From a virus (lineage: Duplodnaviria > Caudoviricetes), in the IMG/VR virus record IMGVR_UViG_3300017903_003380, positions 1 to 24,398 of that record: a DNA stretch of 24,398 bases; one strand, given 5' to 3'. Made by a program: the position numbers and the translations under genes. Each line of letters opens with the position of its first letter. Within the stretch, counting starts at the first letter, position 1. Positions 1 through 10,219 of the stretch are shown piece by piece. The notes beneath the pieces were generated by a model. It was not told where the DNA came from, did no database searches, and saw nothing but the letters and a program-made list of their open reading frames with translations.

Positions 1-2
1 AT

Positions 3-3000
3 GGTGTTAGAAACACAATAGTACTTGAAAGTGCGTACAGTAATTTTGATAATACTTTAGATTATAAAGTTAGAAGAGTTTTGAGAAGAGCAGAATCGAA
101 AGCAACGTCTGCTTCATTAGAATCTGACTTTATCATATCTGATATTCAAAACCTATACAATGATAAGGATGAATATTATTATGTTGCATCAAATTCTTTA
201 CCATCCACTGATGATGGAGTAACTAATATTCCGGTTCCAAAATCTTATCAAATAGATGTAAATATAAAATCTTCTTCCGTTACTATTCCGGCAAATTCTG
301 ATACAAAGTTTTCTGGTAAAGTAGGTATTAGTAGTTATAGTGTAATAGAGTTTAGTGATGCACTTCCGTTTTCTAATGGAGATGAAGTATTTTATTCTGC
401 AGAAAATCCTATTGTTGGTTTAGACACTGGCATTTATTATGCAGAACTGCTTGGACCTGGACCCGATAAGTCACAATTGAGACTTTATTCCTCAAGATCT
501 TTTATTAAGACACAATCAAATTTCAAAACATTTAAAGTACCAACAGAATCTGGAAATCATAACTTCACTTTAAATTCTCAAAGAGAATCTGTGATAGGGG
601 CTCAAAAAATTCTAAGAAAGTTTCCATCAGATACCAATATTGTTGATAGTGGAAAAATAGAGAGTATTCCGGGACCAATTGGAATATTGATTAATGGTGT
701 AGAAATATTCAATTATAAGTCTAGGGATAAAGTATATTTTGGACCATTAAAATCCGTAAACGTTGTTAATGGTGGAGAGGGATATGATGTAGTTAATGCT
801 CCCGTTGTTTCAGTTTCTGCTGCAGGGACAGTTAATGCACTTGTTCAACCAGTATTGTCAGGTAAAGTTACCAAAATACATGTAGATACTCAGGAATTTG
901 ATATTGATAAAATTATTGCGATAGGAGTTACTGGCGGTAATGGTAGTGGATTAGTAGTTGAACCTATTTTAACCAAAAGAGTGAGAGAGGTATTTTTTAA
1001 TGCAGAAACAACAAATAATCTGGGAGGAATTAATACTGTAGGAGAAACAATAACCTTTCAGACTAATCATAATTTTACTGATGGTGAAGAAATTATTTAC
1101 AATTCCAATGGCAATCTTCCTATTGGAATTAATACTTCTGGAGAATTAGAACTTCCCATATCAACACTGTCTAATAATCAACGTTATTTTGCAAAAGTTT
1201 TAAACAATACATCAATTCAATTATATAAGAAGAAATCTGATTATTCATCTGGTATTAATACCGTAGGATTTAGTACAATAAACACTCAAGGATTACATAA
1301 ATTTACTACAGCATCATTTAAAAATACATTATCAGAAATTAAAATAGTTAATGGTGGTAGTTATTTTAATAGAAAATTAATTGTAAATCCATCCGGAATA
1401 TCTACTCACTTTGATACAGTTTATTTCGATAATCATAATTTTAATCATGGAGATTTAATAGAATATTCATTTGAAAATTCTGGAATAGGTGGACTTTCTA
1501 CAAGTAATAGATATTTTATTTTAAAGCAAGATGATAATTCATTTAGATTATCTGATGCTGGTATTGGTGGTACAATAACATCTAATTTTGAAAATAAAAC
1601 ATATGTAGATTTTACATCCACAGGTAGTGGGTATCAGTATTTTAAATATCCAGACATTAGTGCCTTTTTGAATTATAATCCAGTTGGATTTGGCACTACA
1701 AGTCAAGAAGGACAAGTAGTAACTTTAACACCAGAAGTTAGGGGAGAAATTATTGATTCATATTTATATGAGGGGGGAACTGGTTATGGATCTTCTATCG
1801 TAAATTTTGAAAGTAAACCAGTAATATCGATTAAAAATGGAAGAGAAGGAAGAGTAAGACCAATAATTATTAATGGATTAATTGACTCTATACAATTAGA
1901 ATATGGAGGATTGGAATACAATTCAGTACCAGATGTTATAATTACCGATTCCTCTGGAATGGGTAGTGGTGCGGAAGCTAGAGCAATAATATCCAATGGA
2001 AAAGTTACTGAAGTAAAAGTAATAAGTCCCGGTATTGGTTATTCCAATACCTCTACTTCAATTTTACTAAAATCTGCAGGTATAGGAGGAAAATTTGATT
2101 CCAGTGTAAGAGACCTGACACTAGATTTGAAAAAAAAACTTGGTAAAGAAGTTTTGATCGAATCTGCAAATAAATTGCAATATGCAGTGTGTGGATATTC
2201 TACAAGTTATTTTGATGAGTCTGGTCATTCTCCAATTATTGGATGGGCTTACGATGGCAACCCAATATATGGACCATATGGACATTTGGATCCCAATGAT
2301 GGGCAATCAGACGTTATTAGATTGGAAAGTGGTTACTCGGATGCAAATATTGATAATGTAATTGATAGACCCTCCCCAGATGATTTTATTGTCGGATCTT
2401 TTGTAGAAGATTACAAATTTAATAACTCGGGAGATCTTGATGAATATAATGGAAGATTCTCTAAGACACCAGAATTTCCAAATGGCGTATATGCTTACTA
2501 TGCAACTATTGATCCTGTTTTAGGAGAACCAGTATTTCCATACTTTATTGGCAATTCATTTAAATCAAATGTCATTGTAGAAAATTTTGATCTAAATCAA
2601 TCGTTTGATTTTATTAACTCAGATTTAATTCGAAATACATTTCCATATAGATTATCAGATAGTAATACAAGTTATGATTTTGTATTTGGATCTGATGGGG
2701 TAAAAGATCAAAAAGTAAAAGTAGAATCTGTTTCTGAGGGATCTGTCAATGACTTTAAAATTATTGAATCGGGTGAATCTTATAAAGTAAATGATAGTCT
2801 TAACTTTGACTCTTCCGAAACAGAAGGATCCGGTCTAATTGCGAAAGTTTCTCAATTAGAAGGAAAAGAAATAATTGATATAAGAAATATCTCCACAGAA
2901 GAATATGAAAATGCTGTCGCAACAAGACTAAGTGATAATCAAGTAAAAGTAAACATAATACCTAGTCATGATTTATTAAATGGAGATTATGTGACTCTTT

Positions 3001-6000
3001 CTGGATTCACTACTGTAACACAATTAAATAATCTTTTTGAAATAGGAATAACAACATATAAATCAATTCTTATTGATACGGCAACTGCTTCTTCTGGAAT
3101 AGGATCAACTGAAATATCAGTTTCGTTCATACCACCAACGGTGTCTGTAGGTAGCAGTGTAAAAATTAAGACAGATACTCTACAAGTTTTAAATATTTCC
3201 AGGGATTCTAATTTATTAAGAGTTCAGGGAAGTAGAGTTGGATATTCCACTGGTGATATTATTGAATATATTCCTGATTCATTTACCATTTCCGTAAATA
3301 CACCAATATTCGATTCAAAAATAAATGATAGAGCTTATTTTAATCCAACAGAATCGGTTGGACTGGGAACTACGGCAGGAATATCTACAGCAGTTTCTGT
3401 TTATTATGGTGGAATTACAGAAATACGTCAAATTCCAACTCAGAGTATTTTTATAGAGGGGCATTCATTTAAAAATAATCAAAAACTTACTTTTACAATT
3501 CCTTCCTCTGGAGGAGCAATTTCAATTTCCACTAATGGTAGTGGCGAGTTTGATATGCCTTCAACTGTATATGCAACAAATAGAGGCAGAAATTTAATTG
3601 GAATCAAGACAGGTGTTACTAGCGCATTTAGTGAAGTATTCTTCCACACTAATGGATCTGATAAAGATGATTATTTATTAGAGAGTGATTATGGGCAATT
3701 TACTGGAAAAGTCAGTAAGATAACTTCGGTTGTTGCAGTTTCAACTGCACACGAATTATCTAATGGTGATTTGGTCAATCTAACTGTCCAACCAAATCTC
3801 AATGTTGGCATTGGAACTTCTGCCAAAGTCGATATAATTAGAAATTCTAATGGTACAATAGGTATAAACACTTTAGTCAATCCTCAAATAGAAGTTGTTA
3901 AAGGAAATAATTTAGTATTTGATACTTCCGATTCTTCTTTATCTGAATATAACTTAAAAATATTTACAGACAAAGAATTTAAAAATGAGTTTGTATCCAC
4001 AGGATCTACAACTAATTTCAATGTTGTTTCCTCTGCAACAACTACAACCATTAATTATAGTGAAAATATTCCAACAAGACTTTACTATAATTTAGAAAGA
4101 AGTGGAAGTATTAGCACTACTAATACTGATATTAAAAATTATAATGAAATTTTATATGTAGATAGTGTCTATCAAAATCAATATATTGTTACTGGTGTGG
4201 GAGAAACTACATTCACTATTAATTTAATTGAAAATCCGGAAAAAGTTTCTTACGCAAAAACTGAATGTAGTATTCTAAAGTATACTACAACATCTAAAAC
4301 AGCATCCGGAGGAATTTCTGATATAAAAATTCTTTCTAGTGGATCTGGATACAAGAAAATCCCAAGTGTTTCTGACATAACAACCATTTCCGGTAAAAAT
4401 TGTTATATTGTCCCAATATCAAAAACAATTGGAAATATTAGTCAAACAAGAATTATAAATGAAAATTTTGAATATCCCTCTGATAAAACATTACGTCCCA
4501 AAGCTCTCATTTCCACATTAATTGAAAAGAAAAATTCTAATACTGTTGGGATAATTTCTGTGACTAACGGTGGTAGCAACTATACAGAAGCACCATCAAT
4601 AATACTTGTTGATTCTATAAGTAAAAATAGAATTAATAAGGGATCTTTCAAAGTCAATATTTTAGGGTCCTCTGTAGATTCTGTTGATATAGTTGTAGAG
4701 CCAAAAGGTCTTCCTGATCATGAAATAGAAGCTTATACTACAAATAATACAAATGGAATCAGTATTACAAAAGTAGATTCTAATTCCAGTAATACTTTCA
4801 CCTGTCATATTACTACACCATCATCTGGATTCACAGTATTTCCATTCAAAGTAAATGATAAGGTGTTTATTGAGGGAATTGAAAAAGTTAGTAACGATGG
4901 ATCAGGATTTAATTCCGAAGATTACAATTTTGAATTTTTAAAAGTTAGTGCTATTGATGAAACCGCAGTTCCAAATAACACAGTTACAATTGATGTAAGT
5001 GATGTATCGACAAATACTGGAATTGCAAAGACAATAACAAATTCTCTACCAATAATAACAAATAGTAATATATATCCATCATTTAGTGTTTTAAAGAAAG
5101 GATCTAAATTTTTAGTTGGTGAAAAAATAATTGTTGATAGTATAGAAAGGGATTTAATTGTTGTAGAATCCAATCCCAATTACATAAAAGTCAGGGGCAT
5201 ATATGAATTGAGTGTAGATGACATTCTGACTGGTAAACAATCTGGCAATATTGCCACTGTAAATTCAATAGACACAACTTTAAATGATGGAGAATTCTCA
5301 ATTAATTATTCTATTGAGAAAAATGATGGTTGGTCTAATAATATTGGCAAGTTAAATGAAAATGATCAAGTAACAGCAGATAATGATTATTATCAAAATT
5401 TATCATATACCGTAAAAAGTCCTATAACATACCAAGAATTAATTACTCCAGTTAATAGTATGCTCCATACTAGTGGATTGAAAAATTTTGCTGATGTTGG
5501 TATCACTTCTGTTACAAAAAATGTTGGAATAGAAACTAATGGATCTGAGATGATTGTAACTCAACTTTATGATATTCAAGATGAGCAGAGAGTTGATACA
5601 ATTCGTCAATTTGATTACGTTAGAGATTATGAAATTTTATCCGACTCTTCTAAGTTTATTGAATTTAAAGAAAGAACTCTTACAGATTATGTCAGAATTA
5701 ATAGTGACTTAGTAAAAACCATTGATGATATCAGTGGAGAATTTAATAGTTTAGAAGATGATGCAGATGAATTTTTGAATATTTTAAATATAGATGATTA
5801 TGACTCATACACAAATTTACTTCTTAGAATAGAAGGTGGGAATAATTCAGAGTTACAATTGACGGAATTAACATTACTAAGTTCTGGAAATACTAATGTT
5901 TTATTGCAGAGGGGTGGAATTATAAATGATGAAAGTGATATGTCATTAGATTACGGAAGTTTTTCGATAGAAACTGATATTACTAATGAATCGTATCTTC

Positions 6001-9000
6001 GTTTTACTCCAAATGATCCTTATAATACTGATTATGATATAAGATTATTAGGAAATAGATTTACTTCAAATTCTGTTGGTGTTGCAACAACATCTGTTGG
6101 TTTTGTTGATTTAATTAACTCCACAAAATCAATAACTTCAAATCAGACTACGGATCTAGTTTCTGTTGATGTAGATAATATTAAGTCGCTTTATGCAAAT
6201 ATTCAGGTCATTAATGTAGCAACAAATGATATGAATTTTGTTGAATTGTATTTAACGCATGATGATGCGAATACATTTATGGCAGAATCTTTCTTTGATG
6301 CAGATGGATCTTCGATAACAAAACAATCTATAGGAAGTTTTGATTCAAATATCAATAGTGGAATATGCTCCATCACTTATACTAATGATACATCTTCAAG
6401 TGTTAGACTTCGTTCTAAGATCATTGGAATAGGCACTACATCCGTAGGAGTAGGAACTTATAGATTTAATGCACCAGGACAACCAGATGATTCTGTTAGG
6501 AGTGCAATTTATCAATCAAATTATTCTGTGGGAATTGGAACAACAAATGTAGTTGGATTAGACTCTTCACTATTCAATGCAGTAAAGTCTATCGTCCAAG
6601 TATCTTGCGGATCAACCAAAGCTCTACATCAAGTGTTAACTTTACATGATGGCGATTATGTTTATGCTCAACAATCTGCTTTTATTTCAGTAGATAGCAA
6701 TTTACCTAATCCGGATTATGAAGAATATGATAATACTTTAGGTATAGGAACATTCGGTGTTGAGTATTCTGGGGATCAATTTGTATTAGAATTTCATCCA
6801 GACACTGAATTTGTAGATGCAGAGATAAAGGTATTATCATTTAACCAATGCTTCTATTCCGGTATTGATAATAATATTCCTATTGGACTGCAAAACGGCA
6901 ATTCATTAGATTATATGGACAAGAAATATTATAATGCTCACAATGGGAATAGAGTTAATTTAACATCATTTGAATTGACTAATAATGGAAATCCAATATT
7001 TGCAAAAACTTTCAATCCAAATGATAGTGATATTTTGAATACTTCTACTGGCAAATTTACCATACAAAATCATTTCTTCAGAAATGATGAAGAATTAATT
7101 TACACTCCTGGATCTAGTTTTGTTGGTGTTGGGTCAACACCTATGCAATATTATAATGCAACAGCAGGTATTACAAGCACACTTCCATCAAGTGTATTCG
7201 CTGTTGTCGAATCAAATAATGTGTTTCAAATTTCTACTACTAGATCTGGAACTCCAGTTACCTTTGTTGGAGTCGGTACTGGTAATTTGCATCAATTTGA
7301 AATGCTTAAAAAAATTGAAAAGACTGTTATCTCTATTGATAATTTAATTCAATATCCTTTAATGTTTACTCCAATAAAACATAATTTGGATGGAAATATT
7401 GATAATGGAAATACTGGAATAAGCACAACTAGAACAGTATTCTCTTTATCGGGAATATCATCAATCGCCGCAAAAGATATTTTAAGAGTGGATGATGAAT
7501 ATATGAAAGTTATTAATGTTGGTTTCGGAACAACAACGATTGGACCAATAACAGGAATAGGAACAACTACTCTTGTAGAAGTTTCTAGAGGTTACGTGGG
7601 AAGTTCTGCAACATCTCATCTCAACACAACTGGAGTTGCAACTGTTTATAAAGGTGCATATAATATTGTAGGTAACAAAATATTCTTCACAGATCCGCCT
7701 AGAGGAAATGTTGATGAAGAAAAAGATTTTAGTAATTTAGATTTTCCAACATCGGACTTTAACGGTAGAGTTTATTTGAGAAGTGATTATTCAAGTAATG
7801 AAATTTTTGATGATGTTTCGCATGAATTTAGTGGTATAGGAAGAACGTTTACAATATCTGTAGGAGGAGCAAATACTGCTGGAATAGGCACAACAGAATC
7901 TCAAAGATCTGGATTACTTTTGATTAATGGTATATTCCAATCACCCACAACTCTCAACAATCCAAACGGTAATTTTGATATTATTTCAAATAATGCTGGT
8001 ATATCAAGTGTTGTATTTACTGGAATTAGATCTGCTACTGATTCATCTTTCATTGTAGAATCGGATTACGATGTTAATCTAAATGAAATACCAAGAGGAG
8101 GAATAATTATTTCTCTTGGATCAACAGGTGGTGTTGGATATGCTCCTCTTGCTGGAGCTGCCGTCACTGCCGTAATTAATAATGGAGGAAATATCCTATC
8201 AGTTGGTATAGGCACTACCGATAATCTTGGTTCTGGATATTATGGAGATCCTTCTGGAATAGGAGTAAGTGTATTTGACCCAAATGGAACAGGAAGTGGA
8301 GCAGAAGTAAGTGTATCTAGTATTGGTGTCGGAGGAACATTAACTTTTAATATAGATGATGGTGGAAATAATTATTCTGCAGATACACAGATATTTGTGT
8401 CTGAGCCATCTTATGAAAATTTAAATGTAACAGGCATTTCTAGACTTGATGGAACGACGGATACTGGAATTGGATTGCAAATGTCAGTTGGAGTTGGAGG
8501 AGCATCAACAACTGTTGGTATTGGATCAACTTATGCAAAAATACAAACATTTAAAATCACAAGACCTGGATATTCCTTCAGGAAGGGAGATAAGTTTACT
8601 CTCGTTGGATTAGTAACTGATTCTAGATTATCTTCCCCAATAGAAGAATTTACACTGGAAGTTTTAGAAACTTATCAAGATTCATTTGCTTTCTGGAGAT
8701 TTGGTGATTTAGATTATGTTGATGATATTGCAGAATATCAAGATGGTGTAAGAACGAGATTTCCATTAACTTACAGAGATGGAGTTTCAATTAGTTTTGA
8801 ATCAAATAAATTATTAAATGAAGATATTAATTTTGCTAATTTATTGTTAGTATTCGTGAATGGTATCCTCCAAGTTCCTGGAGATGCATATGAATTTAAT
8901 GGGGGAACTTCTTTTAAATTTAAAGCAGCTCCCAGACCAGATGATAAGGTTGATGTATTTTTCTACAAGGGAACTGATGGATCAGACACTCAAGATGTTA

Positions 9001-10199
9001 CTAATGAAAAACCAATTTTGGAAAGAGGTGATGAATTACAAATTATTGGATCTAGTGTTAATTTAGAAACGCAAAAAGAAAGATTGGTATTTGATATCAC
9101 AAATTCTGATAGGGTTGAAACTAATCTTTATACTGGTCAAGGATTAGATGATACTAATTATAGACCAGTTAACATTATTAAACAGAAAACTGATAAAATT
9201 ATTTCGGGTGAAAAAATTTATAAAACAAGAGATTCTTTAGAGGCATATATTTATCCTACTGCTAAAATAATTGGTGACATAAACTCTTCAGAAACTAATT
9301 CTATATTTGTAGATAATGCTAAGTTTTTTGATACAAATGTTGCCGCAGCAGGAACATTTGATGCAATGATAGTTGGTGGATTACCAAATCCAACAACAGC
9401 ATCAGCAACTGCATCAATTAACTCCGATGGTGAGGTAACAGGATTTACTATTTCTGGAGGTGATGGATATGTTAGTATTCCTACAGTATCCATATCAGCA
9501 CCTCCAGAAATTGCTGTCGGTGTTGGAACAACTGCTACTGCTACAGCAACAATTTCAAATGGATCTGTCAATGCAATTTCAATTACTAATCCAGGACTTG
9601 GATATACTATTGCTCCAAAAGTATTGATTTCATCACCAAATATAATTTTGGACAATATTACTGATTTAAAAGGTGATGAAACAAGAGGATATTCTGGTTT
9701 AGTTACTAGTATAACTCCTGTAACAGTTGGTGGAGATCCTGCAATTCAATTGTCACTTCTTAAAACTTCTTCGGGGTTATTGAATGAGTTGCAAACTGAT
9801 AGACCAATTTATGTTTTTAATACTCGTATCGGATCTGGAGTAACTGCTATGGATACTTTAGGTATTCATACTGTAGGTATAGGAACCACATTTGCAGATA
9901 ATGTTTATTATGTTAGAACTGTAGATACCACTACATATTCTTCTGAAAATTTGGCAATTGTAAAATGTATGGTTCAAGTTAACACTGGACTAACATCTGT
10001 AGGTGATAATAATAATCCTGTAGGAGAATTCTCATGGGGTGAATTGAGAAATGCTGGTGGATTTGGTAGATCTTCTTCAATTTCTATAGGTGTTACTGGA
10101 TTGACCATTGATGCTGGTTTAACAACATTTCCAGTCATTCAGAGAAGAGGGTCCATTTATGGAATTAGAGACACAGGAGCTCTTAAAAAACAATTATAA
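3..10199 (+). CDS. gp7: Giant baseplate wedge initiator (T4 gp7-like, cyanophage type), 5'-truncated by the window edge
   Basis: The frame is open from base 3 (GVRNTIVLESAYSNFDNTLDYKVRRVLRRAE...), so the TTG at 81 is probably not the true start. It contains the wedge-type motif DNDYYQNLSYTVKS...LHTSGLKNFAD (~5379-5495) and many GxGY beta-repeats, and lies directly upstream of gp8. Confidence 0.8.
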   Translation, partial: GVRNTIVLESAYSNFDNTLDYKVRRVLRRAESKATSASLESDFIISDIQNLYNDKDEYYYVASNSLPSTDDGVTNIPVPKSYQIDVNIKSSSVTIPANSDTKFSGKVGISSYSVIEFSDALPFSNGDEVFYSAENPIVGLDTGIYYAELLGPGPDKSQLRLYSSRSFIKTQSNFKTFKVPTESGNHNFTLNSQRESVIGAQKILRKFPSDTNIVDSGKIESIPGPIGILINGVEIFNYKSRDKVYFGPLKSVNVVNGGEGYDVVNAPVVSVSAAGTVNALVQPVLSGKVTKIHVDTQEFDIDKIIAIGVTGGNGSGLVVEPILTKRVREVFFNAETTNNLGGINTVGETITFQTNHNFTDGEEIIYNSNGNLPIGINTSGELELPISTLSNNQRYFAKVLNNTSIQLYKKKSDYSSGINTVGFSTINTQGLHKFTTASFKNTLSEIKIVNGGSYFNRKLIVNPSGISTHFDTVYFDNHNFNHGDLIEYSFENSGIGGLSTSNRYFILKQDDNSFRLSDAGIGGTITSNFENKTYVDFTSTGSGYQYFKYPDISAFLNYNPVGFGTTSQEGQVVTLTPEVRGEIIDSYLYEGGTGYGSSIVNFESKPVISIKNGREGRVRPIIINGLIDSIQLEYGGLEYNSVPDVIITDSSGMGSGAEARAIISNGKVTEVKVISPGIGYSNTSTSILLKSAGIGGKFDSSVRDLTLDLKKKLGKEVLIESANKLQYAVCGYSTSYFDESGHSPIIGWAYDGNPIYGPYGHLDPNDGQSDVIRLESGYSDANIDNVIDRPSPDDFIVGSFVEDYKFNNSGDLDEYNGRFSKTPEFPNGVYAYYATIDPVLGEPVFPYFIGNSFKSNVIVENFDLNQSFDFINSDLIRNTFPYRLSDSNTSYDFVFGSDGVKDQKVKVESVSEGSVNDFKIIESGESYKVNDSLNFDSSETEGSGLIAKVSQLEGKEIIDIRNISTEEYENAVATRLSDNQVKVNIIPSHDLLNGDYVTLSGFTTVTQLNNLFEIGITTYKSILIDTATASSGIGSTEISVSFIPPTVSVGSSVKIKTDTLQVLNISRDSNLLRVQGSRVGYSTGDIIEYIPDSFTISVNTPIFDSKINDRAYFNPTESVGLGTTAGISTAVSVYYGGITEIRQIPTQSIFIEGHSFKNNQKLTFTIPSSGGAISISTNGSGEFDMPSTVYATNRGRNLIGIKTGVTSAFSEVFFHTNGSDKDDYLLESDYGQFTGKVSKITSVVAVSTAHELSNGDLVNLTVQPNLNVGIGTSAKVDIIRNSNGTIGINTLVNPQIEVVKGNNLVFDTSDSSLSEYNLKIFTDKEFKNEFVSTGSTTNFNVVSSATTTTINYSENIPTRLYYNLERSGSISTTNTDIKNYNEILYVDSVYQNQYIVTGVGETTFTINLIENPEKVSYAKTECSILKYTTTSKTASGGISDIKILSSGSGYKKIPSVSDITTISGKNCYIVPISKTIGNISQTRIINENFEYPSDKTLRPKALISTLIEKKNSNTVGIISVTNGGSNYTEAPSIILVDSISKNRINKGSFKVNILGSSVDSVDIVVEPKGLPDHEIEAYTTNNTNGISITKVDSNSSNTFTCHITTPSSGFTVFPFKVNDKVFIEGIEKVSNDGSGFNSEDYNFEFLKVSAIDETAVPNNTVTIDVSDVSTNTGIAKTITNSLPIITNSNIYPSFSVLKKGSKFLVGEKIIVDSIERDLIVVESNPNYIKVRGIYELSVDDILTGKQSGNIATVNSIDTTLNDGEFSINYSIEKNDGWSNNIGKLNENDQVTADNDYYQNLSYTVKSPITYQELITPVNSMLHTSGLKNFADVGITSVTKNVGIETNGSEMIVTQLYDIQDEQRVDTIRQFDYVRDYEILSDSSKFIEFKERTLTDYVRINSDLVKTIDDISGEFNSLEDDADEFLNILNIDDYDSYTNLLLRIEGGNNSELQLTELTLLSSGNTNVLLQRGGIINDESDMSLDYGSFSIETDITNESYLRFTPNDPYNTDYDIRLLGNRFTSNSVGVATTSVGFVDLINSTKSITSNQTTDLVSVDVDNIKSLYANIQVINVATNDMNFVELYLTHDDANTFMAESFFDADGSSITKQSIGSFDSNINSGICSITYTNDTSSSVRLRSKIIGIGTTSVGVGTYRFNAPGQPDDSVRSAIYQSNYSVGIGTTNVVGLDSSLFNAVKSIVQVSCGSTKALHQVLTLHDGDYVYAQQSAFISVDSNLPNPDYEEYDNTLGIGTFGVEYSGDQFVLEFHPDTEFVDAEIKVLSFNQCFYSGIDNNIPIGLQNGNSLDYMDKKYYNAHNGNRVNLTSFELTNNGNPIFAKTFNPNDSDILNTSTGKFTIQNHFFRNDEELIYTPGSSFVGVGSTPMQYYNATAGITSTLPSSVFAVVESNNVFQISTTRSGTPVTFVGVGTGNLHQFEMLKKIEKTVISIDNLIQYPLMFTPIKHNLDGNIDNGNTGISTTRTVFSLSGISSIAAKDILRVDDEYMKVINVGFGTTTIGPITGIGTTTLVEVSRGYVGSSATSHLNTTGVATVYKGAYNIVGNKIFFTDPPRGNVDEEKDFSNLDFPTSDFNGRVYLRSDYSSNEIFDDVSHEFSGIGRTFTISVGGANTAGIGTTESQRSGLLLINGIFQSPTTLNNPNGNFDIISNNAGISSVVFTGIRSATDSSFIVESDYDVNLNEIPRGGIIISLGSTGGVGYAPLAGAAVTAVINNGGNILSVGIGTTDNLGSGYYGDPSGIGVSVFDPNGTGSGAEVSVSSIGVGGTLTFNIDDGGNNYSADTQIFVSEPSYENLNVTGISRLDGTTDTGIGLQMSVGVGGASTTVGIGSTYAKIQTFKITRPGYSFRKGDKFTLVGLVTDSRLSSPIEEFTLEVLETYQDSFAFWRFGDLDYVDDIAEYQDGVRTRFPLTYRDGVSISFESNKLLNEDINFANLLLVFVNGILQVPGDAYEFNGGTSFKFKAAPRPDDKVDVFFYKGTDGSDTQDVTNEKPILERGDELQIIGSSVNLETQKERLVFDITNSDRVETNLYTGQGLDDTNYRPVNIIKQKTDKIISGEKIYKTRDSLEAYIYPTAKIIGDINSSETNSIFVDNAKFFDTNVAAAGTFDAMIVGGLPNPTTASATASINSDGEVTGFTISGGDGYVSIPTVSISAPPEIAVGVGTTATATATISNGSVNAISITNPGLGYTIAPKVLISSPNIILDNITDLKGDETRGYSGLVTSITPVTVGGDPAIQLSLLKTSSGLLNELQTDRPIYVFNTRIGSGVTAMDTLGIHTVGIGTTFADNVYYVRTVDTTTYSSENLAIVKCMVQVNTGLTSVGDNNNPVGEFSWGELRNAGGFGRSSSISIGVTGLTIDAGLTTFPVIQRRGSIYGIRDTGALKKQL

Positions 10200-10202
10200 A
10201 TA
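10195..10202 (+). promoter_or_regulatory. T4-type late promoter TATAAATA (gp55-dependent)
   Basis: Exact T4 late consensus overlapping the gp7 TAA stop (10197-10199), 17 nt before the gp8 ATG. Confidence 0.85.
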
Positions 10203-10219
10203 TCTAAAAAACGAGTAAT

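Noticed and set aside
81-83. Track start codon for the 3372-aa ORF
   Set aside because: It is an internal TTG. The frame has no stop back to base 3, so the gene most likely starts upstream of the window.
9543-9556. 14-bp match ACAGCAACAATTTC shared between gp7 and gp14 (22565-22578)
   Set aside because: It is explained by the common TATIS peptide with preferred codons and is too short to argue for recombination.
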